A stretch of 54,809 nucleotides of DNA from a virus (Duplodnaviria; Caudoviricetes): positions 1 to 54,809 of the IMG/VR virus record IMGVR_UViG_3300012985_000013; one strand, written 5' to 3'. The notes beneath the pieces are model-generated. The model ran no database searches, was not told the origin of the DNA, and saw only the letters and a list, made by a program, of their open reading frames with translations. Both the position numbers and the translations under genes were made by a program. Of the stretch, positions 47,678 through 54,809 are shown in pieces. Each line of letters starts with the position of its first letter. Within the stretch, counting starts at the first letter, position 1.

Positions 47678-48091
47678 TCAGAACGCGCCGTTGCGGCGCG
47701 CGACGCGCTGGCAGGCGCGGTCCATCCACGGGTTCGCGGCCTGCCCCTTCACGCTCGTGCGCTTCACGCGGGCGGTCGATCCGCGCCGCCGCGGCACCCA
47801 CAGGTAGTCGCCGTGCGGGAAGATGCGCCCAGCGACGCCCTCATGCACCCACTCGGCGTGCTCTGCCGTATTCCAGATGGTCGCCTCTGCGCGGTAGCCG
47901 CCGCCGCGCGCGCCAGACAGGAAGGACTCGTGCGATCCCTTGAGGTCGCCGGAGCGTGACGGCGCCTCGCGTACGCAGGCGCGGTGCATGGCGAGCCGCA
48001 GCTTGTCCAGCCAGATGCCGCCCTGGCCGCCCTTCTGGAACTGCCGCTGCAGGTTCGCGCGGTAGACGGTGACGCGGTACGCGAATGCCAT
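47678..48091 (-). CDS. HK97 gp10-like neck/tail completion protein
   Basis: APSRSGDLKGS, AEWVHEG, VKGQAANPWM. Confidence 0.8.
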   Translation of the reverse strand: MAFAYRVTVYRANLQRQFQKGGQGGIWLDKLRLAMHRACVREAPSRSGDLKGSHESFLSGARGGGYRAEATIWNTAEHAEWVHEGVAGRIFPHGDYLWVPRRRGSTARVKRTSVKGQAANPWMDRACQRVARRNGAF

Positions 48092-48092
48092 G

Positions 48093-48629
48093 TCACGCCC
48101 AGCCGATGAAGCCCTGCCACATGCCGCCCGACTTGCCGGCGGCGTTCTCGAGCGGCTGGAACGCCCCGAGCCGCACGAGGATATCCCGCCGCGGCGTCGC
48201 GCCCGCCTGGACCTTCGGCAGGCAGCACAGCAGCGCACGCTTGGCGGCGTGCATGTCGCTCGCGTAGAGGCGCTGCGCGTCGAAGAGGGCCTGCTTGTCG
48301 GGGAACATCGCCCGCGCCTCCGCGCGCGGCGCAGGACGGGCGACGCCGATCTCCACCTCGTATGCGATCGGGGTCGCGCACGTCGAGACACCGTCGTCGG
48401 GCAGCGGGAAGACGGGTGACGGATAGGCCGTGACCAGACGGACCCACGCCACGCCGGTGTCGCACCCCTCGCCCCCGATGCCGAGCGGCGGCGGCTGCGC
48501 GCCGACCCACAGGCCGCAGTAGCAGAGGCCGGGGCCCTTCGCGGCGGCCAGTTCGGAGCACAGGCAGTCCGAGAGCCGGGCGATCACCTCGAAGATCGGG
48601 TCGTCGACGAGTTCGGGGTCCAGGTTCAT
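48093..48629 (-). CDS. Tail terminator-like protein
   Basis: Position; Cys-rich virion protein. Confidence 0.6.
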   Translation of the reverse strand: MNLDPELVDDPIFEVIARLSDCLCSELAAAKGPGLCYCGLWVGAQPPPLGIGGEGCDTGVAWVRLVTAYPSPVFPLPDDGVSTCATPIAYEVEIGVARPAPRAEARAMFPDKQALFDAQRLYASDMHAAKRALLCCLPKVQAGATPRRDILVRLGAFQPLENAAGKSGGMWQGFIGWA

Positions 48630-49450
48630 GCCGTCCTCGTCGGGGTGCGGTAGACGTCGGGGGACGCCACGATGACGGGCGTCTTGAGCCCGGCCGGATT
48701 GTAGATGCGCACGACGGCCTGGACCTCCGGGATGGCCGGGATGGCGTCGGCGAGCGCCTGCGGGTCGAGGTCGTACGACTCGCCCGAGCGCGTCATGCTG
48801 GTCACGTACAGCGGCAGCCGGCAGTCATTCGAGTTGGCGCATGCCAGCAGGTACTCATTCGCGAGCACGCCGGCAGCGACGTTCGTGAGCATGTTCGGGC
48901 GCGCGCCGCGGTAGTAGGTGACCGAGAAGCCGGCGTCATCCGCGAGCGCCATGTCCTGGCAGACCGGCCACTCCTCGCCGTCGGTGCGCACCAGGCGGTT
49001 GCCGTTCATGACCTTGTAGGCCGACGGCGCCAGTACGACGCCGTCCACGCGCACCTCGACGATGCCGCCGACGGGCCCCGGGAGTTCGACGGCCGACAGC
49101 GTGTCGCACTCGCAGCCGCCCGGGCGGCAGCCGCAGGCGTTGTACCACTGGCCGCCGGAGACGTACGGGTTCAGCATGCCGATCTGCGGTGCCGCGCCGA
49201 CGTTGCCGCCGCGCGCGATGGCGGTGCGGTACGTGCGACCGACGGGCATGCAGCGCTCCGCGCACGGGCGCACCGTGATCGGACAGGTGCCGATGCGGTA
49301 GAGCGTCCACGCTGCCAGCAGCGACCACGCGAACGCCTCGGCCACCTCGATCTTGGGGCCCATGTCGGGGTCGGCTCGCTGAGCAGCGAGTTCGACCGCG
49401 GTCCACCTGCAGGACCAGTCCGTCGATGGGGGGTAGCAGATGTCGGCCAC
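48626..49450 (-). CDS. Head-to-tail adaptor
   Basis: Position; VELPGPV..IVEVRVDG...WPVCQDM. Confidence 0.7.
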   Translation of the reverse strand: MADICYPPSTDWSCRWTAVELAAQRADPDMGPKIEVAEAFAWSLLAAWTLYRIGTCPITVRPCAERCMPVGRTYRTAIARGGNVGAAPQIGMLNPYVSGGQWYNACGCRPGGCECDTLSAVELPGPVGGIVEVRVDGVVLAPSAYKVMNGNRLVRTDGEEWPVCQDMALADDAGFSVTYYRGARPNMLTNVAAGVLANEYLLACANSNDCRLPLYVTSMTRSGESYDLDPQALADAIPAIPEVQAVVRIYNPAGLKTPVIVASPDVYRTPTRTA

Positions 49451-49481
49451 AGCGACTCCTCTCCTCGCTCAGGATACGGCA

Positions 49482-49512
49482 GGAGGGGTGCCCCAGGTTG
49501 GGGCACCCCTCC
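49482..49512 (-). repeat. 14-bp perfect stem-loop built on the GCCCCA-N3-TGGGGC palindrome, after the major tail gene
   Basis: ggaggggtgcccca-ggt-tggggcacccctcc. Confidence 0.8.
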
Positions 49513-49524
49513 GTGGCGCGCCGA

Positions 49525-50478
49525 TCAGGCGAACGGTACCGTGACCGTGGTCGAGGCCCAGGTCACGCCGTTCTGGCTCGCGAGCACCGTGTAGGTGCCA
49601 GCCTCCTCGTAGACGTGCGACCCGGCACCCGGCACGGCGACGTAGTCCCAGCCGCCGTCCCCGAAGTCGTACCAGACCGGGCCGGTCGACACCGGCGCGA
49701 CGACGAAGTCCGCCGTCATGCCCGTGGTGTCGCCGGTGTCCTCGGTGGCCGTGACGCTCGTGAGAGCGGGCAGGGTCGGGTTGAGGACCGGGCGGGCGCC
49801 GATGGCCTCGGTGGGCGGGGCGACCGTGGTCGTCTGCATGCGCAGCGCCGCGGTGCGCGACACCGGCTGGAACAGCGGGCCGGCGACGCCAAGCTCGTCA
49901 AGCTCGACGGCGTACGGGCCGTTGCCCCACTGGTTGCCCTCGCGGGTGGAGGCGCCGGTGATCTGGAAGTTGATCGCGCCGTTCTCCACCGAGAGGTCGC
50001 CGACGATGCCGCCGACCAGGCGGGGCAGCAGGAGGTAGCCGTACTCGCCCTGGGCGTTCGGGTCGTCGCAGACGTCCGCGCCCTGCGAGCCGACCCAGAC
50101 CTCCAGCGCGAAGCCCTCGTCGTCCAGCTTGATCTTCGTGTCGATCTCGAGGCCGACCACCGTGCCGTTCGCGTCGAGCACGAGCGTCTGCTTGGTCATG
50201 ATCTCGAAGTACTCGAAGTCCACGCGGCAGAACGTGACGTCGATCCCGTAGCCGGCAAGCTCGGTGACCGACGGCTCGTACACGCAGCGCTTGCCGCCGA
50301 AGTTCGGGACGTTGATCTCGTCGGTGTCGACCGTGTTGGCGGTGAACGCCACAGTGACGATCCCCTCCGAGACGGCCTGGTTGTACTCGCCGGCGACGAT
50401 GCGGCCGCAGTTGTCGAGGCGCGTGACGCGCGTCGACCGGCCGCGAACCGGCGTCAGAGTGCGAGAGGTACGGGGCAT
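49525..50478 (-). CDS. Major tail protein with C-terminal PKD/Ig-like domain
   Basis: RVTRLDNCG N-terminus; YDFGDG...HVYEEAGTYTV PKD motif. Confidence 0.85.
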   Translation of the reverse strand: MPRTSRTLTPVRGRSTRVTRLDNCGRIVAGEYNQAVSEGIVTVAFTANTVDTDEINVPNFGGKRCVYEPSVTELAGYGIDVTFCRVDFEYFEIMTKQTLVLDANGTVVGLEIDTKIKLDDEGFALEVWVGSQGADVCDDPNAQGEYGYLLLPRLVGGIVGDLSVENGAINFQITGASTREGNQWGNGPYAVELDELGVAGPLFQPVSRTAALRMQTTTVAPPTEAIGARPVLNPTLPALTSVTATEDTGDTTGMTADFVVAPVSTGPVWYDFGDGGWDYVAVPGAGSHVYEEAGTYTVLASQNGVTWASTTVTVPFA

Positions 50479-50481
50479 GGC

Positions 50482-50922
50482 TCAGTCCTCCTTCGGGACG
50501 TCGTCGCCGGCGGGCTCGCCGGACTCATCGGTGAGCGCCGGTGCGGCGTCGAGCACCGCCTGCATCTGCTCGACCTTCTCGGCCTTGGTGCCTTCGAGGG
50601 TCAGGCCCGGGAAGTGCTCGGCGCCGAACGCGTCGATGTCTGCCACGGTCGCCTTGTCGGGGTCGGGCAGTTCCGGGATCGCGGTGGCTTCGAGGTGGAT
50701 GGGCTCGCCATCCGCGCTCTCGCTCACGATCTCATCGGCCTCCTCCGACTCGACGACGGAGTCGCCCAGCGGGATCAGGAAGCCGCCGAGGGCGGTGCTG
50801 GTGAGGACGGCGCTGGCGTCCAGCCCGCGCTCCTCTGCGAGTGCGAGCGCCTTAGCGGCGTTCTCACGTCCGCGTCCCGAGAGCAGTTCGTAGCCCTCGG
50901 GGATCTCGACCTTGGGGGTCAT
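50482..50922 (-). CDS. Hypothetical acidic protein
   Basis: ORF in the structural operon. Confidence 0.7.
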   Translation of the reverse strand: MTPKVEIPEGYELLSGRGRENAAKALALAEERGLDASAVLTSTALGGFLIPLGDSVVESEEADEIVSESADGEPIHLEATAIPELPDPDKATVADIDAFGAEHFPGLTLEGTKAEKVEQMQAVLDAAPALTDESGEPAGDDVPKED

Positions 50923-50937
50923 CTCTCTGTCCTCTCG

Positions 50938-51705
50938 TTACGGGGTCGTGTCGACGTCGACCGCATAGCGGAAGTCGCAGTCCACACCGATGGCGTAGAC
51001 GCGCTCCGCGATGGCGGCGCCGAGGTTCTCGTGGAGCAGCATGGCCGCCGCGCGCACCTCGGAAGAGGCGTACACGGCGAGCCCGCCGATGGCGATGATG
51101 CGGGTGTTCTGGTCGTCGACCGCGGATCCGGTTGCCAGTACCCAGTTCCCGTTCGCGGTGACGAGGCGGCCGTCCTCGCGCTCCAGCACGCCCTCGGCGT
51201 ATGCCAGGTCGGCGGCGACGCGCGACATCAGGATGATCGGGGCGCCGACGTAGTTCACGTCTGCGTGGTCTTCGACCTTGCCGATGGCCTCGGCGTACGT
51301 GGCACCCGTACCAGGCGTGGGGGCGGCGGCCGCCCAGTTCCACAGCACGGACTCGATCGACCGGTCCTCGCCCTGATCGAGCAGGGTCCGCGCCTGGTCG
51401 AGGTAGGACTCCTCGTCGTCGCCACCGAGGTAGCACTCGACGCCGGCGTATCGCGCGAACGGATCACCGATGGTCGTGAACTGCGAGATGCCGTCGAACG
51501 TCTTCGGGGCGTCCCCGATGACGTCGTCGTAGCAGCCTGCGCGCGTCGTCTTCGGAAGACCGCAGCCCGAGCTTTCCCAGGCCAGCCCCCCGGCCTGGTT
51601 GACGACCGCGAGCCGGTCGACGGGAATGAAGGCGCCGCCCTCGATGACCGTCTTGATGCCGCCCTGGCGGGGACGCCGGGTCGGTGCCTGTACCTGCAGG
51701 GCCAT
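50938..51705 (-). CDS. Second capsid protein (pentamer-type)
   Basis: Directly after the major capsid gene; GAGGAG RBS; arrangement as in Rosebush-like actinophages. Confidence 0.65.
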   Translation of the reverse strand: MALQVQAPTRRPRQGGIKTVIEGGAFIPVDRLAVVNQAGGLAWESSGCGLPKTTRAGCYDDVIGDAPKTFDGISQFTTIGDPFARYAGVECYLGGDDEESYLDQARTLLDQGEDRSIESVLWNWAAAAPTPGTGATYAEAIGKVEDHADVNYVGAPIILMSRVAADLAYAEGVLEREDGRLVTANGNWVLATGSAVDDQNTRIIAIGGLAVYASSEVRAAAMLLHENLGAAIAERVYAIGVDCDFRYAVDVDTTP

Positions 51706-51727
51706 AACCCACTCCTCTCAGGTTGGT

Positions 51728-51758
51728 GCCGGGGTGCCCCAGGTTGGGGCACCCCGGC
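51728..51758 (-). repeat. 14-bp perfect stem-loop built on the GCCCCA-N3-TGGGGC palindrome, after the major capsid gene
   Basis: gccggggtgcccca-ggt-tggggcaccccggc. Confidence 0.8.
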
Positions 51759-51765
51759 TAGACGG

Positions 51766-53469
51766 TTACGCGGCGGCCGGTGCGCCGATCGACGGGTAGC
51801 CCGAAGCACCGAGGTACTTGAGGCCGACCGTGACCTTGACGCCGAAGCCGCGGGTGTTCGCGACCGCGATGCCCTCCTCCATGAAGGCCGCCGTGTACTC
51901 GTTCTGCGTGAGCAGATCGTGGTCATACACCGCGGTGAGGTTCACGACGTCGTGCGAGAGGCGCGTGAACGCGCCCGCCGGCCACATCGCGAACTCGGCC
52001 TGCGCCGGGTACTCGGTCCAGTTGTTCGTGCCGCCGACCGTGCTGGTCGCGCCGGAGTTGAGCATCTGGTAGTCGTACACGTACTGGAACCGGATGCCAC
52101 GGATGGCGAACCAGTTGTCGATGTCGGCGTCCGTGATGTTGAACGGGTCGGTCAGGCCCAGGCGGCGCGACAGGTCGTTGCGGAAGACCGAGCGGAACCA
52201 GTAGGGGGCGAGGCCCTCCATGGTCGCGTTCGGGTCCATGGCCAGCGCCTGGCGGATCCGGTTCGCCTGCAGTTCGGCCGCCGCGAGGGCGTCCGCCAGC
52301 GGCGAGTTGTTGGTGCCGATCTCGACCCAGTTCACCGAGTTGGTGATGAGGGCGAGGATGCGCGTGATGGTCGATGCGCTCTTGCGGCGCTGGTGGCCGA
52401 GGTTGAGCAGCGACAGCACGCGCGACACCAGCTCGGGGTACGCGGCCTCGGTCAGCAGCGGCGCCGTGGCGCAGAAGCCGACCGCATCCAGGCGCACTTC
52501 CTGGAAGGGCGGGCACTCCAGGGCGTAGCACGGCTTCACCGCGCCGGCCTCGACCTGCGTCTCCGTCAGGATGAACCCGGCGTCGGCGTCGGCGAAGATG
52601 GTCATGAAGTCGGGGCCCTTGGTGAACTGGATGCCACCACGGCGAGCGGTCACCTCGGGGACGTCGATCAGGCCAGCGGCCGTCTCGTAGCCCGAGAGGG
52701 TGTAGTCGATCTCCGAGGGGGCGCACCAGCCGCCGGCCGCGATGAGCGACTGGCCCAGGTTCGACTCCTTGCCCGCGCTGTAGATGATGTCCATCTGCTG
52801 CTCGAGCGACATCTCCTTGTTGACCTCGTAGTCGCGGGCCTCCCGCTTGAACGTGGCCACGCCGAACTTCTGGGCGCGGGGCGACATCTGGTAGACGCCG
52901 GCCTTCATGTCGGACGGGTTCGAGCCGTTGAACGACCCGACGCGGGCGAGGAATGCCTCGGCCAGCTGCTCGCGCGACGTGATGGCCGAGCCCGAGTCGA
53001 TCCCGGGGACGTTCGCCGAGGCGGTGATCGAGAACGGGCTCTTGGGCTCGACGTCCTTCTTGATGATGACCTCCGGAGCCTTGCGCGACGCGGCGCGCGC
53101 GACAGGGCGCTTGGTGCCGGATGCCACGACGACCTCGGGCTCGGCCTCGACTTCGGCTTCGACCACGGCGGCGGGCTCCTCGGCGGGCGCGGCGTCGACG
53201 TCGGCGACGGATCCGGCGCGCTCCTGCAGCGCCGCGATGCGGTCTGCGCGGGAGGTCGCGGCCTCGTCGATCTCGCTGACGCGGGCGTCGATCCCGTCCA
53301 CGTGGGACAGGACGGCCTCGAGGGTGTCGAGTTCCTCGTCCGACGCCTCGGCGCCGAGCGCGTTGAGGCGGTCGATCTCCGAGCGGGCGCGGACGCGGGC
53401 TTCGAGAAGGGCGTCGCGGTCGAGGTCGGCGATGTCCGGCACCTCGAACTTGGGGGCTTCGTCAGCCAT
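51766..53469 (-). CDS. Major capsid protein (hexamer-type) with N-terminal scaffold-like region
   Basis: Acidic coiled-coil N-terminus; AAGGWCAPSE motif; AAGGAG RBS. Confidence 0.9.
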   Translation of the reverse strand: MADEAPKFEVPDIADLDRDALLEARVRARSEIDRLNALGAEASDEELDTLEAVLSHVDGIDARVSEIDEAATSRADRIAALQERAGSVADVDAAPAEEPAAVVEAEVEAEPEVVVASGTKRPVARAASRKAPEVIIKKDVEPKSPFSITASANVPGIDSGSAITSREQLAEAFLARVGSFNGSNPSDMKAGVYQMSPRAQKFGVATFKREARDYEVNKEMSLEQQMDIIYSAGKESNLGQSLIAAGGWCAPSEIDYTLSGYETAAGLIDVPEVTARRGGIQFTKGPDFMTIFADADAGFILTETQVEAGAVKPCYALECPPFQEVRLDAVGFCATAPLLTEAAYPELVSRVLSLLNLGHQRRKSASTITRILALITNSVNWVEIGTNNSPLADALAAAELQANRIRQALAMDPNATMEGLAPYWFRSVFRNDLSRRLGLTDPFNITDADIDNWFAIRGIRFQYVYDYQMLNSGATSTVGGTNNWTEYPAQAEFAMWPAGAFTRLSHDVVNLTAVYDHDLLTQNEYTAAFMEEGIAVANTRGFGVKVTVGLKYLGASGYPSIGAPAAA

Positions 53470-53696
53470 GATGTTGCTCCTTGGTAGCAGGGTGGGCGGG
53501 GTCGGAAAGACTGAACTGAATCCGTGAACGGATGAGTCTCCGGCGGCCTACGGCTACCAGTGGTACAACTTCTGAGCAGATCGTCGCACACGGACCGAGC
53601 AGAATGCAACACGCGCGCGCGACACGCCGTGCGCTAGGCTGACCCTGCCGGCCTCGGGAACCTCCGGGGCGAGGAACCCCGCCCGGGCCGGCTCCA

Positions 53697-53768
53697 TGCC
53701 CCGTGGCGCAATGGCAGCGCGGCGTCCTGTTAAGACGAGGGTTCCAGGTTCGAGTCCTGGCGAGGCAG
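53697..53768 (+). tRNA. tRNA-Asn(GTT)
   Basis: Acceptor TGCCCCG/CGAGGCA (one mismatch); D arm GCGC-AATGGCA-GCGC; anticodon loop CTGTTAA in CGTC/GACG stem; T arm CCAGG-TTCGAGT-CCTGG; discriminator G; no encoded CCA. Confidence 0.85.
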
Positions 53769-53834
53769 CAAGGTCGGTCGCCAGATGGGATCGCAGCCTT
53801 CTCCGCACGTTCATCGACATGCCGAGGAGGCATC

Positions 53835-54110
53835 ATGTCCAACCAGGTCCGCGCCCGCTTCTGGGTCCAGACGATCACGAAGCAGGCCGTCTCGAAGGGC
53901 AACGTCGCGACGCACGTCGGCCTCGCGCCTGTCGTCCGCGGCACCGGCCAGCCCGGCTACGACCCCGAGGCGAACACCGACTGGTCGAAGTACACGCCGT
54001 CGGGCGAGATCCGCCTCACCATCACGAACGAGGCCGCGGCCGCGGAGTTCGAGGCCAATCTCGGCCGCGATGTCGCGATCACGTTCGACTTCGTCGACCA
54101 GCCGGAGTAG
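53835..54110 (+). CDS. Conserved small phage protein, antisense to the head operon
   Basis: GAGGAGG RBS; VRARF...N.DWSKYTPSGEIRLTITN. Confidence 0.8.
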   Translation: MSNQVRARFWVQTITKQAVSKGNVATHVGLAPVVRGTGQPGYDPEANTDWSKYTPSGEIRLTITNEAAAAEFEANLGRDVAITFDFVDQPE

Positions 54111-54144
54111 GGTGGCAGGCTCACGCACAGGTCGCCCCCGGCCG

Positions 54145-54188
54145 CCACGAAGCCCCCGGCTCTTTCTGCTCTCCGGGGGCTTCGTGGT
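54145..54188. terminator. Stem-loop between convergent genes
   Basis: ccacgaagcccccgg...ccgggggcttcgtgg. Confidence 0.7.
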
Positions 54189-54200
54189 TCTCGACAGTGG

Positions 54201-54362
54201 TCAGGCCGGACGAACCCGCGTCCCGGGCTGCTTGGATGCCGCCATGCGGGCATCCGTTTCCGTCGAGTAAACCTGGATCACCCGACCGTCGGTGCCGACG
54301 TGCTGGTAGGTCTGGCTGCCAGCGGACTTCTTGCTCCCGCCGCATCCGCATGAGCGTGGCAT
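54201..54362 (-). CDS. Small CGCG-motif protein downstream of the protease
   Basis: MPRSCGCGGSKKSAGSQTYQHVG...; GAGG RBS; TGATG overlap. Confidence 0.7.
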   Translation of the reverse strand: MPRSCGCGGSKKSAGSQTYQHVGTDGRVIQVYSTETDARMAASKQPGTRVRPA

Positions 54363-54809
54363 CAGTGGATCCTCTCGATTCGGGCCTGGGCATCCGCCAG
54401 GCGCAGGCTTCTGGTCCGTGCATGCAGGGCCTCCACGCGCTGCTCGCGACGGAACTGCGCGCGGACCTGCTCGGCGACGCGGGCGACGAACTGTTCGTGC
54501 GTCTCGCCGCCGTGCTCGATCTCCGGCTCGACGATGCCGAGGCCCAGCGCCGACATCTGCAGGTCGCCGTGGCCCTCCCACGCTTCGCCGGCGGATGCCG
54601 CGAGCGAGTAGCCCGGCGTGTTCACCGACACCGCGGCCACGAGGTCGAGGCCGTAGCGCGGGAAGCGCCGCCAGTCGCCGGAGAGTGCGCCGATCGCGCG
54701 GATGTCGTCGATGACGTCGTCCGCGACCCCGGCGCGCAGCACGCCCGAGTACCAGATGCCGTGCGCGTCCTCGCCGACGTTGACGAACGCGAACACGGCA
54801 TCGGTCTGG
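54362..54809 (-). CDS. Capsid maturation protease, C-terminal part (partial)
   Basis: GEDAHGIWYSG...ALSGDWRR...LVAAVSVNTPG; open at the window end. Confidence 0.75.
   Translation of the reverse strand, partial: QTDAVFAFVNVGEDAHGIWYSGVLRAGVADDVIDDIRAIGALSGDWRRFPRYGLDLVAAVSVNTPGYSLAASAGEAWEGHGDLQMSALGLGIVEPEIEHGGETHEQFVARVAEQVRAQFRREQRVEALHARTRSLRLADAQARIERIH

Larger units (their letters stand above)
2861..51750. repeat. Dispersed 15-bp palindrome GCCCCA-N3-TGGGGC, 24 copies
   Basis: Starts: 2861, 7504*, 7596, 7676, 7800, 8321, 8645, 9095, 9383, 9957, 10614, 11574, 12595, 13440, 14553, 15374*, 16386, 18410, 21172, 28123, 33398, 47660*, 49490, 51736 (* one mismatch). Counted by eye. Confidence 0.95.

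Noticed and set aside
49426-53487. 1353-aa plus-strand ORF
   Set aside because: Antisense shadow of the capsid and major tail genes
53697-53768. tRNA as an attP/attB integration site
   Set aside because: No integrase or duplicated tRNA 3' end in the window, and phage genes flank both sides

Overview
Most of the genome of a high-GC, long-tailed (siphovirus-like) actinobacteriophage. The host is probably a Microbacteriaceae-type, non-mycolata bacterium (inference: single peptidase endolysin, no lysin B, LAxTG surface protein). Minus strand: the virion and lysis operon (54809->33479), then ~15 small genes leading to small and large terminase (6224->1). The window cuts both TerL and the maturation protease. 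Plus strand 7.8-33.4 kb: ~55 mostly small early/accessory genes plus a DUF932-like protein, an initiator with internal iterons, DnaB, SSB, RuvC-like resolvase, YqaJ exonuclease and RecT. No integrase, DNA polymerase or CRISPR was seen. The most striking unexplained structure is regulatory: (i) 24 copies of a 15-bp palindrome GCCCCA-N3-TGGGGC, and (ii) four TTGACA-17bp-TAnnnT promoters whose -10 box is bracketed by an ACTAG-N13/14-CTAGT inverted repeat, each followed by one palindrome copy. Other oddities: a sortase-type (LAATG) surface protein, an antisense tRNA-Asn/ORF island in the head operon, a probable ATC start for ssb, HNH relics and a -1 frameshift in the tail chaperone. All family assignments come from recalled motifs; no database search was run.
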